From an uncultured Anaerolineales bacterium (GTDB taxonomy: Bacteria; Chloroflexota; Anaerolineae; Anaerolineales; UBA11858): 64,000 nucleotides of DNA. Positions 39,087 to 48,642 of this stretch are shown one piece after another. The position numbers were made by a program, and so were the translations under genes. Numbering within the stretch: the first letter of the stretch is position 1; every line of letters starts with the position of its first letter. The stretch spans positions 46 to 64,045 of the forward strand of contig CAZXXW010000001.1 of the NCBI GenBank assembly GCA_964644835.1, written 5' to 3'. The notes beneath the pieces are model-generated. The model was not told the origin of the DNA and made no database searches. It saw nothing but the letters and a program-made list of their open reading frames with translations.

Positions 39087-39956
39087 TTAATTCCTAATCC
39101 AACTAATTGAATACTCCGTATGCTCATCGAGCAACGCGATGCCGGGGTCGTCCACGGCCCATTTTCCCTTCAAGCCGAGGTGCTTGGCGGTCAAATCAAA
39201 ATGGCACATGGCAATACCGATATCGACGCGCTGGAGATCGGCCAAACTCAGCAAAAGATTGAAAATGGGTGAGGGATAGCCCGGCGTGCGGCGGAGGTAG
39301 AAATGCCAGGCATCATCAATCTTGACGATACGCCAGGGCTGTTTATTGGATGCCGATGGTCCGATGCGCACCATCTTGAGAGGGAGGGCGAACTCGCCCG
39401 CCGCTTGCTGCTCAAGGGACTGGCCAAAGCTTCTTTTAAAGAACAATTCGCTCCAGGCCATACGCCGGTCGGAGTCGGCCGTGTTGCGGATGGTCTGATC
39501 GACTCGCCGTGGATCCTCGGCAATGTAGCCCAAAGAGGTCACCGCGGGGATGATCTCATCGTCGCCCAGGTCGATCTCCCGGGCGAAGCGGCTGCGGTTG
39601 AAGGTGCCTCCCAGCCAGCAGGTGCCCAGCCCCAGGTCGGTGGCCCGCAGAATGATCGCCTCCATCAGATAGCCGTAATCTTCCAGGCTCATCTTCTCGT
39701 CGCGGCACGCTCCGATGATGAATCCGGTCGGGTTTTTGATGAAGCCATAGGTACCCATCCCCCTCAGATTGCCGGCATCTCCATCCTTAGCGGCGACCAG
39801 CTTGAAACGGGCATGATTGCCCATCGGTTTCACACGGGTAGCCTCAAAAAAATCGGTCAAACGCTCACGGGTCTCAGAATCGATCGGCTCAGGCCGATAG
39901 GTGCGGCAAGAGAAGCGCTGCTCGATCAGGTCGGTGACAGGTTGGTCAAATTGCAT
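39087..39956 (-). CDS. Nitroreductase family protein
   Basis: I prefer ATG 39956 (GAAGGA SD). It has IEQRFSCRTYRPEPI, GLGTCWLGG and GPSASNKQPWR. Confidence 0.85.
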   Translation of the reverse strand: MQFDQPVTDLIEQRFSCRTYRPEPIDSETRERLTDFFEATRVKPMGNHARFKLVAAKDGDAGNLRGMGTYGFIKNPTGFIIGACRDEKMSLEDYGYLMEAIILRATDLGLGTCWLGGTFNRSRFAREIDLGDDEIIPAVTSLGYIAEDPRRVDQTIRNTADSDRRMAWSELFFKRSFGQSLEQQAAGEFALPLKMVRIGPSASNKQPWRIVKIDDAWHFYLRRTPGYPSPIFNLLLSLADLQRVDIGIAMCHFDLTAKHLGLKGKWAVDDPGIALLDEHTEYSISWIRN

Positions 39957-40131
39957 CAAGAAATCCTTCTCTGATTGTTTACGTTTCCAGGTTTCAACAG
40001 CAGAGCCTATTCGAGGAGCCGGCTCACCGCAAAAGTCTAGCACAAACACAACGATTAAGACAGGGAAAAATAAAAGATGCCCACATTTTGTGAGCATCTT
40101 TTGATATCTGGTTGCTTCAACTATTTTTGAT

Positions 40132-41640
40132 CTAGTTCAACTCTTCAAGGGGAACATTAGCAGCGTCTAACAAATCTCGGAAACCATCATAAAAGGTATC
40201 ATCACAGGGGGACAGATCCTCCCAAGCAAAGATGTAATCAAATAATTCTTTGCCAGCACCGGTATCGGCAATTTCCAACAATGTGTCCATGAGCAAGCTG
40301 CGCAGATCTTCATCCAGGCCAGGATGAAGTTGGACACCATCGTTGGGAATATCCGGCGATACAGAAATCACCCTGACAACATCCATCACGTCCGGCAACT
40401 CTTGCTGCACAGCTTCACGCGCATCGACATAGGTTGCACCAGCGACACACTCATAACCATACACGGCTGAGACAACCGCATTATGGGAACCGGTATCATC
40501 GATGGCATAAAAGTCTATCTCTGCATCAATCCCCGCAGCTCTCAAGCCAAGATTCGGTATGATCCAGCCGGTCGGGCTGGCAGGATCAGGACGACAAAAG
40601 AATTCTCCTTTTAACTCGGATAAGGTTTGTATTCCGCTCTCATCGTTCACGAAGATCTGACTGTTAAACGCGATGTCCCCAAAACGCGTAGCCACCAAAT
40701 CTGCTTGAGCGCAGCCATGTTTCGAAGCTAGAAGATAAGGAATCGCTTGCAAGGAAGTAATCTGCCCCTCACCCGCGCACATCAACTCGATCGCGACATC
40801 ACTGTTTGGGATGAGATAAGGCTCAACAAACAAGCCGGAGTATTCATAGATCAAGGCGGCAAGTTCTTCAAACCCTGCATAGGTGCTGTCTTGATCGACG
40901 ATGGGGGTAAAAACCCATTGAAGCGGATTCTCAGTTGTTCCAAGATCCTGTTGAGCATTGGGCTGATCATCTTCCAGCGTAAACATACCGTACTTCAACA
41001 AAATATCAATTGCCGATGCCCCACTATCTCCAAAGTCTTGATATTGATCCAGCGTGAAAGGAATCTCAAATTGATCACTAGGTGGTTGAGCGGCTGGAAT
41101 AACAACATATTTACCGGGCTCAATAGATGTTTGCTCACCGCCAGCATCAACATGAACAGTTCCATCAAAATTCCCCACGGTTGTTAATTCGGTGATTGGG
41201 TCATATACCATGAACATCCATGTACCCATTACCGTGACTTTTTTTCTATCTACAGGTGTCGTAAGGATAAGCTCTGACTTTCGAGCTTCATTATTACAAA
41301 TTAAACCACCAAATCTTAATAATACATGGACTAATGCAGGAGTTTGTGGATCGCCTTCCGTATGGAGAGAGTCGACTTCCGTCTCACTCATAGCAATTAT
41401 CTTTATGTTACCAAATGTTAATTGAGCTTCTCCACCATCCTTGACCCGGATAATATCATCACCTAAAAGTTCTTCCGTTTCATTAACATGATGAATATCT
41501 TCACCTGACAGGGCATGACCAACATAATCATTAAGATTGGTTACATACCCAATAACATCTTCTTTATCCTTAAATAACAGCCATATTACTAGGATCAGAA
41601 GAATAATGGTAACGATAATAAAAAACGCTTTATTATTCAT
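40132..41640 (-). CDS. Membrane-anchored extracytoplasmic protein: N-terminal TM, FecR-like beta-sandwich (tentative), C-terminal PhnD-type periplasmic-binding fold
   Basis: ATG 41640 has an AAGGAGGG SD and overlaps the stop of the TIR gene (TGATG). Only 6 residues precede the TM helix FFIIVTIILLILVIWLLF. The PhnD-like region is ...FNSQIFVNDESGIQTLSELKGEFFCRPDPASPTGWIIPNLGLRAAGID...GSHNAVVSAVYGYECVAGATY...VISVSPDIPNDGV. Confidence 0.75.
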   Translation of the reverse strand: MNNKAFFIIVTIILLILVIWLLFKDKEDVIGYVTNLNDYVGHALSGEDIHHVNETEELLGDDIIRVKDGGEAQLTFGNIKIIAMSETEVDSLHTEGDPQTPALVHVLLRFGGLICNNEARKSELILTTPVDRKKVTVMGTWMFMVYDPITELTTVGNFDGTVHVDAGGEQTSIEPGKYVVIPAAQPPSDQFEIPFTLDQYQDFGDSGASAIDILLKYGMFTLEDDQPNAQQDLGTTENPLQWVFTPIVDQDSTYAGFEELAALIYEYSGLFVEPYLIPNSDVAIELMCAGEGQITSLQAIPYLLASKHGCAQADLVATRFGDIAFNSQIFVNDESGIQTLSELKGEFFCRPDPASPTGWIIPNLGLRAAGIDAEIDFYAIDDTGSHNAVVSAVYGYECVAGATYVDAREAVQQELPDVMDVVRVISVSPDIPNDGVQLHPGLDEDLRSLLMDTLLEIADTGAGKELFDYIFAWEDLSPCDDTFYDGFRDLLDAANVPLEELN

Positions 41641-42776
41641 CACTCCCTCCTTGGAGATTCAAGCAACAATGCTAAAATCATCAATATGGGCAACAAAGCC
41701 CCGGTCAAAAGTAATTTCCAGGTAACAGCACCATTACCTAAGCTTTGTATCCAGGCATCTAATCCCCAGAAAGACACAGCACAGAGGATAAGAGTAATTG
41801 GTAGGGTAACTTTAGAGGATACATCTGAATAAGACGCCCAAAAAACTCCCATACCAACTATCAACCCCCACAAAGCACCTTCCAACCCTTGGTATAGATA
41901 TACTTTCAGGTTGCTAAATGGCGAGATGAATAATCCATACACAACGAACATTAATCCAAATGAGCGAGCAGCCAATATACCACATCGAAGTAATCTTTTA
42001 TAAAACGCTCTTTCGGGTATCGTTTTCAGAGACATTATGGTGGAAAATACAAACCATGCACCTGCCCCACCACCGGGTAACATGCTGGCAAGTAACATAA
42101 TATAAAATTCCAAGCTTTTATAATCTTGATTAAGCGATATAGTTAAGAAAAAGAAAAAGGCCAACCACAAACCACCCCCAATTGCTCCGGCCAACACTCG
42201 TAAATAGAGAGTTTTCCGGAGTCGCTCGAGATGATCTCGACTCTCTCTAATCAAAACATCAGCAGTTTTACTTATTAATAACTCTTTTCGGTTATTATCA
42301 ATTAGACGAAGATCATCTTCGCTTAATAGAGCTTTTGCCTTATTGTAAGCTTTTTCCCGGTCATCAAGCAGCTCCTGAACAGGGTCCGGTTTTCCTAAAG
42401 CTGCGCACAACTCTGCTAAAGCCGTGAGATACTCTTTCGTGTAGAAATCGTGGTGTTGAATGCCACGGGCCCAAATCGGATACGCTTCTACATCAAAAGA
42501 TTGAATGATCACAGGATGAACGGCGGTATCTTCCTTCGCTTTGGCCGTCGTTGCCTCGAAATTAACCCATTTTGACTCCGCCGAGGCGGGCGTGAGGATC
42601 ACGATCACATCCGTTGCCCAATCCAAAGCCTGTTTTAGAGCATCTTCCCATTCATCGCCCCCTTTGATGAGCTGATCAAGCCATACAGCATAATCACGCT
42701 CCTTGAGGAGATCAGCTAATTGTTGGGCATCTGCACTGTTTTCTCTGGCATAGCTAATGAATATTTTTCTCCCCAT
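41640..42776 (-). CDS. TIR domain protein fused to a C-terminal multi-pass (about six TM) membrane domain
   Basis: 378 aa. The TIR region is MGRKIFISYARENSADAQQLADLLKERDYAVWLDQ...VIVILTPASAESKWVNFE. A helical linker follows. The last ~190 aa are hydrophobic helices. A hand-counted 100-nt sample has 38 G+C, against 63 in the S41 peptidase gene. Confidence 0.8.
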   Translation of the reverse strand: MGRKIFISYARENSADAQQLADLLKERDYAVWLDQLIKGGDEWEDALKQALDWATDVIVILTPASAESKWVNFEATTAKAKEDTAVHPVIIQSFDVEAYPIWARGIQHHDFYTKEYLTALAELCAALGKPDPVQELLDDREKAYNKAKALLSEDDLRLIDNNRKELLISKTADVLIRESRDHLERLRKTLYLRVLAGAIGGGLWLAFFFFLTISLNQDYKSLEFYIMLLASMLPGGGAGAWFVFSTIMSLKTIPERAFYKRLLRCGILAARSFGLMFVVYGLFISPFSNLKVYLYQGLEGALWGLIVGMGVFWASYSDVSSKVTLPITLILCAVSFWGLDAWIQSLGNGAVTWKLLLTGALLPILMILALLLESPRRE

Positions 42777-42873
42777 ACTTGTTCATCCTTTACTGGAAGT
42801 TAGTCCAATCTAACTTAACTATATAGTCAAACACTACAAAACTCAAGACGTTTACTCACAACAGTAAAGATGG

Positions 42874-43524
42874 CTAGAGATAGCCCAACTGGCGCATTTC
42901 TTCCCGCAAGAAACGAGTAAAGACACGCTGCTGACGGACGGGCATCTCATCCTGGTAGCGGCTGGCAGATTTGTCATGAATCGTTTTGGTGTCTTGTAGT
43001 TTTGGATCGCCCCCGGCAGGCAACAGGTGAAATTCACTAAAGGGATAGATTCGCTCGTAAGGAAGTTCGAGATAATCGAACAAGGCCCGCAGTGTTGGTT
43101 TCGGATTGGCAACCAGGTCTTCATAACGCAACAAGTGCCAGTCCTGCTGATGCTCGAAATAGTGTTTGTAGATCAACTGCCAGCGCCGCAGCAGGCCGAC
43201 ATCGATGCCCCGAATTTTGGGACCCCGCATCCAGAAATTATAAGCATAATTGACCTCGAGAGCGGACAGGTACGAATCGCGCGGGTCGCGGGCCAACCAG
43301 AGGAATTTGTCAAAACGGCGGTAGAAAGACCTGCTCTTGAAATTGTAAAAAATATCCAAGGGTTTGACGCAAACATGGCCTTGGGGTTGGTACCCAAACA
43401 GAATTGCCGGGAGAACAAACAGAGAGCTAATATCGCTATAGGAGCGGATATGGGAATGCTCGTTGAGGATGTGCTGCAAAAGTGTGCTGCCGCTACGCTG
43501 ATAATAACCGATCAAAATTTTCAC
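42874..43524 (-). CDS. Sulfotransferase family protein
   Basis: 216 aa. The 5'-PSB-like motif is YYQRSGSTLLQHIL. The 3'-PB-like motif is LARDPRDSYLS. Confidence 0.8.
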   Translation of the reverse strand: MKILIGYYQRSGSTLLQHILNEHSHIRSYSDISSLFVLPAILFGYQPQGHVCVKPLDIFYNFKSRSFYRRFDKFLWLARDPRDSYLSALEVNYAYNFWMRGPKIRGIDVGLLRRWQLIYKHYFEHQQDWHLLRYEDLVANPKPTLRALFDYLELPYERIYPFSEFHLLPAGGDPKLQDTKTIHDKSASRYQDEMPVRQQRVFTRFLREEMRQLGYL

Positions 43525-43690
43525 GTTTGCTTGCCTCCTTGTTAATTTTTGGGGGAGAAATGCAACAATGACGAACGATCTTCCATTGGAATTATACTCC
43601 CGGCTACAAGCCGTTGATCATCATTCGAGCGCTGGGATTCATGTTAAAATCGGCCTACATGGCAAAAAGCGAAACAATCAAGGAGAAAAT

Positions 43691-46258
43691 ATGTCGAAAC
43701 TGAAATACACTGCTATCGGAATCCTGCTTGCCGGCCTGTTCCTGGCCTGTTCACTCACGTCGCTTCCCACCATCAAGGGGGAGCCAACAACAACGCCGGT
43801 CGCTATCAAGGCGACTCCCCTGGCGACAACAACGGAAGCACCTAGCGAGGTAACCACCGAGGCTCCCGAATCAAGGGAAATCCAACCAGATGAACCGGTT
43901 CAACTGACCGGCCCGATCGAAGTTTCCAACGCGCTGATCATGGAAGTCTATTTCTTCGAGCGCTTCGCCATGCTCGAAGACCTGACCGGATTTGTACAGC
44001 GCGATTACGAGTACGAGCAGCCGCTGGAGCCGCAAATCTTGGGGCCGGTGACGGTCAGCGAAGAGGGTGAATTCAGCTACACGCTGAACCTGCCGGCCCG
44101 GCCTGTCAGCCCGTTCAATGATGTCGACTTGGATGGGCAAGAAGACCAGGGCGTCCAGATTTGGCAAGTCGTGATGGGGGCCAACTATTTCGACGATCCC
44201 TTCCTAAGCGAGGATGAAACCGGCGGTTGGAGCGCCAACTACACCTCGGCGCGGATCGATTCGGAGAATAAAAACGAGATCATCGGCGGCATTCTCCTGG
44301 CCTGGGCGCCGGACGACGAGCAAGAGTTCCCCACCGGCTTTGGCGAAGACGGCCTGCTCTTCACGGAAGATGATCCCGTTGGGGCGCTCCCGGCCGGGTA
44401 CACGCTGATTGACCTGGACGCCGAGCCGTTCGAATTCTACAAAGAAGCAACGGCCACGGTGCCCCTCTACGAGGGCGAACTGACCGTCAACGATCTCAGC
44501 GAAATGAGCTGGACCGAGGCCTTCGAAGCGCTGCATACCAAGGTCTCGATGGAATATCCCTTCACCGAGATGAAGGACATCGATTGGGATACGCTTTACG
44601 AAGAATTTGCTCCCCGTGTGGAGGAAGCCCAACAGACCGACGACGAAAAGGCGTATTACCTGGCCTTGCGCGACTATAGCTGGTCGATCCCTGACGGGCA
44701 TGTCGGCTTAAGCTTTGGCGAGATTGCGAATGCAATGTTCCAAGAGCAAACTGAGGGAGGCTATGGATTCGCGATCATCGGGCTGGACGATGGAAGGGGG
44801 ATCACCCACATCTTGCTCGAAGAGGGTCCCGCGGCTGAGGCCGGGATGGCGTGGGGCGCGGAAATCCTGGCATGGAACGGCAAACCGATCGAGGATGCTC
44901 TGGCCGAGGTCGAACCCTGGTCAAAGCCCTTCTCGCGAGAAGAGGTGCTCCGCTTGCAGCAATACCGCTATTTGTTGCGCGCACCCGTCGGCACGGAGGC
45001 CGAGGTGACCTTCCAGAATCCGGACGCGGATGAGCCCACCACGGTGACCTTGACAACCGTGCCAGAAAACGAGACCTTCTCCCAAACCAGCTTCTTCGCC
45101 GGGTACGATTACAACAGTCTGCCGGTGACCTATGAGATTCTGCCCAGCGGTTACGGCTACATCAAGATTTCGTCGCTCTCGGAGGACATCAACCTGATCA
45201 TCCGGTTGTGGGAATACGCCATCGAGCGGATGATCGAAAATCAGGTACCGGGCCTGATCATCGATATGCGCCAAAACAGCGGCGGCAGCCCCCTGGGAAC
45301 GCTCTTCGCCAGCTACTTCGTCGAGGAGCGCATCGACATCAGCCGCTCGTATTACTACAGCGAAAAGAGCGGCGAGTTCGAGACCTACGGCCCGCCCGAT
45401 TACACCGAGCCCGACGATGAACTCTACTACGACGGTCCGCTGGGCGTGCTGGTCGGCCCGGCCTGTGCCAGCGCCTGCGAAGATGTCTCCTATGTCTTGG
45501 GCCAATTGGAGCAGACGCGGGTCTTTGGCTACTACGCCACCAACGGAATCTACGGCGAGGTGGCCCGCGGCCAGTACCTGCTGCCGGGCGGCTACAGTTT
45601 CCAGGCCCCCACGGGGATGACCAAGGACATGGAGGGGGACATCATCATCGAAGGGACGGGCGTCGTTCCCGACGTGGATGTGCCCCTGACCGAAGAGACC
45701 GTCCAACGAGAATTTGTCGAGGGGGAGGATGTCATTCTGGAGCAGGCGATCGAAACCCTCAGCCAGCCGTTGGGAGCGGGCGTGACCCCCGAACACTCCC
45801 CCACAGTGGGTACCAAGGCCGAGGCGGAATCCGCCTTCCAGGCGCAGACGGAGTGGCTGGAAGACTTTGCTCAAGAAAACTACGAAGAGGAATCCCTCTC
45901 CCAAGCGGGAGAGACCTATACCTTCACGGTGCCGTTGAACACGTCTCGTAAGGTAATGTGGGTTTACGCCTGGTGCACGGCAGACCAGGAAAGCTTCGAA
46001 GACAACTGGTCAAAAATCGAACTGGACTTCAGCTTGAACGGCGAAAACATCCCCCTGGAAGATTTTGCCAAGTTAGAAGGCGTCTTCAACGACAGTCATT
46101 GCCGCGCTTACTACACCGTGCTCAGCGATTGGGCCGTGGGCGAGCATATCGTCAAGACGGAAATCACGTTCACAGAGTCGCTCAATGACGGCATCGAGGA
46201 AGAGGACTTCCCTGCCGGCTCCCACGTATTCGAGTATCACGTCTACGTAGGGCGTTAA
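43691..46258 (+). CDS. S41 family peptidase (PDZ-containing, tricorn/CTP-like) lipoprotein
   Basis: ATG 43691 has an AAGGAGAAAA SD. The lipobox is LFLACS. The PDZ-like region is GLDDGRGITHILLEEGPAAEAGMAWGAEILAWNGKPI. The S41 motif is IIDMRQNSGGS. Confidence 0.85.
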   Translation: MSKLKYTAIGILLAGLFLACSLTSLPTIKGEPTTTPVAIKATPLATTTEAPSEVTTEAPESREIQPDEPVQLTGPIEVSNALIMEVYFFERFAMLEDLTGFVQRDYEYEQPLEPQILGPVTVSEEGEFSYTLNLPARPVSPFNDVDLDGQEDQGVQIWQVVMGANYFDDPFLSEDETGGWSANYTSARIDSENKNEIIGGILLAWAPDDEQEFPTGFGEDGLLFTEDDPVGALPAGYTLIDLDAEPFEFYKEATATVPLYEGELTVNDLSEMSWTEAFEALHTKVSMEYPFTEMKDIDWDTLYEEFAPRVEEAQQTDDEKAYYLALRDYSWSIPDGHVGLSFGEIANAMFQEQTEGGYGFAIIGLDDGRGITHILLEEGPAAEAGMAWGAEILAWNGKPIEDALAEVEPWSKPFSREEVLRLQQYRYLLRAPVGTEAEVTFQNPDADEPTTVTLTTVPENETFSQTSFFAGYDYNSLPVTYEILPSGYGYIKISSLSEDINLIIRLWEYAIERMIENQVPGLIIDMRQNSGGSPLGTLFASYFVEERIDISRSYYYSEKSGEFETYGPPDYTEPDDELYYDGPLGVLVGPACASACEDVSYVLGQLEQTRVFGYYATNGIYGEVARGQYLLPGGYSFQAPTGMTKDMEGDIIIEGTGVVPDVDVPLTEETVQREFVEGEDVILEQAIETLSQPLGAGVTPEHSPTVGTKAEAESAFQAQTEWLEDFAQENYEEESLSQAGETYTFTVPLNTSRKVMWVYAWCTADQESFEDNWSKIELDFSLNGENIPLEDFAKLEGVFNDSHCRAYYTVLSDWAVGEHIVKTEITFTESLNDGIEEEDFPAGSHVFEYHVYVGR

Positions 46259-46341
46259 CTGCTTAACACAGAGCCGCAAAGTGGGCGTAGAAGAGCACGC
46301 CGGGCGAATAAATCACGTTGAGAGTAAGAATCACACCTGGA

Positions 46342-46377
46342 GAGACGCAGAGATTTTTAGGTTTTTCTCTGCGTCTC
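46342..46377. repeat. Perfect 12-bp hairpin repeat (GAGACGCAGAGA / TCTCTGCGTCTC) between convergent genes
   Basis: The arms lie at 46342..46353 and 46366..46377 with a 12-nt T-rich loop. Degenerate relatives lie at 34990..35100. Confidence 0.6.
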
Positions 46378-46422
46378 GGCGATTCAGCATTATTTTTCGC
46401 CAGCAGAGAACAAGATTTGCGT

Positions 46423-47391
46423 TCAATACCCCGCTTGCAGATCAACGGCGTTGGGAATCGGCTCACCGCGAGCAGCCGCATTGAGCGATTCGGCCAGATG
46501 AATCATGCGCAAGGATCCGGTCTCCTTGGTGTGACCGCCCCGGTGCGGGCTCATCGCCACGTTGTCCAACTGGTGGAAGGGGAAATCCGCCGGGGACGTG
46601 TCAGACTTCGATTCATCATCAGGGGGATAGTTGTACCAGACATCCACCCCGGCGCCGTGAAGTTTGCCTGATTCCAAAGCATGGTAGAGAGCACCCTGAT
46701 CGACGATGGGGCCACGCCCGACGTTGACGAGGATCGCTCCCTGGGGAAGGAGGTCCAGTTCCGCTGCGCCGATCAAGCCGCGAGTCTGTTCGGTGAGTGG
46801 CAGGGTCAGAAAGAGAACGTCGGCCTGGGGCAGCAGGTCATGGAGCGCCTCCGGGGGATGAACAGAGTTGCCCGTGGAATCAGAGTCCGGATTTCGACGG
46901 ATGGCCAACACCTGCATCCCTAACGCGTCCAGTGTCCGCCCAACCCGCTGGCCGATCTGGCCGTAACCAAGGATCAAGGCCGTCTTGCCATCCAGCAGCA
47001 GCGACATCTCCATGCGGCTGCGGTAACGCCAGTCTCTCTGGCGGAGGGCCTGGTCCATCGGCACTAGGCGTTTAGCAGCGGCAAACATCAACGTCAGGGC
47101 CATCTCGGCCGTGGAAGCGGCGTTGTGATGCAAATTGTGTACGGCGATCTTGGGGAATTCAGCCATCAGCGCCCGCGTGCTTGCCGGGATTCCTGCCCAG
47201 GGGATGATTAAAACGTCCAAGCAACGGCTGGCCTCGATCAATTCGCGGCCCGGTCGTCCCGCCACCAGGACGCGGTAATCTGCCGGGGTGGGCGGCTCGG
47301 CCCCAAAGGTTAGTTCCACCTTCGGGTCCAAGCGATCCTCCAAAATTTTGAGTTGTTCGTCATCAAGTTCTCTTTTGATATGTATGCGCAT
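46423..47391 (-). CDS. D-isomer-specific 2-hydroxyacid dehydrogenase family protein
   Basis: It has GKTALILGYGQIGQRVG (NAD binding), NVGRGPIVD and MSPH. I prefer ATG 47391 over the longer ORF. Confidence 0.9.
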   Translation of the reverse strand: MRIHIKRELDDEQLKILEDRLDPKVELTFGAEPPTPADYRVLVAGRPGRELIEASRCLDVLIIPWAGIPASTRALMAEFPKIAVHNLHHNAASTAEMALTLMFAAAKRLVPMDQALRQRDWRYRSRMEMSLLLDGKTALILGYGQIGQRVGRTLDALGMQVLAIRRNPDSDSTGNSVHPPEALHDLLPQADVLFLTLPLTEQTRGLIGAAELDLLPQGAILVNVGRGPIVDQGALYHALESGKLHGAGVDVWYNYPPDDESKSDTSPADFPFHQLDNVAMSPHRGGHTKETGSLRMIHLAESLNAAARGEPIPNAVDLQAGY

Positions 47392-47473
47392 GCCGATGAT
47401 TGTACCTGATTTTGGATAATCTCTCCGGTATAATAATGATAATCCCCCAACTACCTCTGAGAGGAGACCCAAG

Positions 47474-48628
47474 ATGAATCAAAGCTTTCTCCAGGGTTAC
47501 GACATTACCCGAAACGATTACGTTGAAGCTAATCAGATGGGCACCGTCCACCCCGATCAGCAGGCGATTCTGACGCATCCCTTGACCAATTTCATCGGGC
47601 TGCTTCAGCCAGGCAGGCGTTCTTCACTTAAATTATTTATCCTGATCCCTTTCCTGGTCATCTTTGGCATCTTTGCTCTCTTTGCCCTTGACATCCCCAC
47701 GAATTACAAGCTGGGAGCAGGTTTGATCTTGCTGGCGGCCTTTGTCGTGGCGATACTCTATGGAATCTGGCGAGTCTTTCGCATCTTTTGGAACAAGCCC
47801 AAAAAGAGAGAACTCGAGCGAGGCGAGATTCGCGACGCCACCGGTGAGGTTGTTTACGGGCGCCGCGGCTATGAGATCAAGCTGCCCGATCGGCGCCTGA
47901 AGCTACCCTTCGGCGGGTTGGGCGCGCTCTCACCCGGGATCGAATACCGCTTTTACTATCTGCCCGAATCCAACACGGTGCTCTCGGCGGAACCACTCTC
48001 TACGATGGGCATGGATCGCGCTGAGGAAAGCTTGACCAAGATTCTGGCCCAAGCGAACCGTTTCAAACTGGACGCTCTGCCCCAAAACAGGCAAGGCCGG
48101 CTGGCGATGAGTCAGATCGCCCATCTGATCCCCACCCTGTTGATCGCCCTGCTTTTCGTCGTCATCGCCAGTGTGGCGCTCAACCAAATCCTGTTGCCCT
48201 CCATCAGCGAACAAGCCTGGGGAGAGATGCGCCCGATTGTCATCATTTCAAGCGTCATCTTTGCTGGTTTGGGTCTCTTTGCCATCTACCTGCTGATCAA
48301 GTCGTTTCTCGATATTCTGACGGGTCGCGTCTTGAGCATCGAAGGGCAAGGGCATGCCTTCACACGTACATCCAGCAGCGATAGCGACGGCAGCAGCTCG
48401 ACGAATTACTATTACCGCATCGGGGAGCAGCGCTTCAAGGTGACCCGCAAAGCCTACTATGCCCTGATCGAGGGGCTCACCTATCGAGCTTACTACACCC
48501 CATACCGGAAAACGCTGGTCAACATCGAGGCGCTGGAATCGCCATCCGAAGGCAGTGTCACCGCCGGCGCAGCCTGGTCACACATCAAGGACGGGTTCAA
48601 ATTAAGAAGAAAGCAAAAACGCAGCTAA
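47474..48628 (+). CDS. Membrane protein with an internal duplication (2 TM plus a soluble beta-rich module, twice), function unknown
   Basis: 384 aa with a GAGGAG SD. Module 1 ends ...GIEYRFYYLPESNTVLSAEPL. Module 2 ends ...GLTYRAYYTPYRKTLVNIEAL. Confidence 0.6.
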   Translation: MNQSFLQGYDITRNDYVEANQMGTVHPDQQAILTHPLTNFIGLLQPGRRSSLKLFILIPFLVIFGIFALFALDIPTNYKLGAGLILLAAFVVAILYGIWRVFRIFWNKPKKRELERGEIRDATGEVVYGRRGYEIKLPDRRLKLPFGGLGALSPGIEYRFYYLPESNTVLSAEPLSTMGMDRAEESLTKILAQANRFKLDALPQNRQGRLAMSQIAHLIPTLLIALLFVVIASVALNQILLPSISEQAWGEMRPIVIISSVIFAGLGLFAIYLLIKSFLDILTGRVLSIEGQGHAFTRTSSSDSDGSSSTNYYYRIGEQRFKVTRKAYYALIEGLTYRAYYTPYRKTLVNIEALESPSEGSVTAGAAWSHIKDGFKLRRKQKRS

Positions 48629-48642
48629 CGCCCAAAGGATAG

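Noticed and set aside
44921-45904. 327 aa minus-strand ORF
   Set aside because: It is antisense to the S41 peptidase gene and has no motifs.
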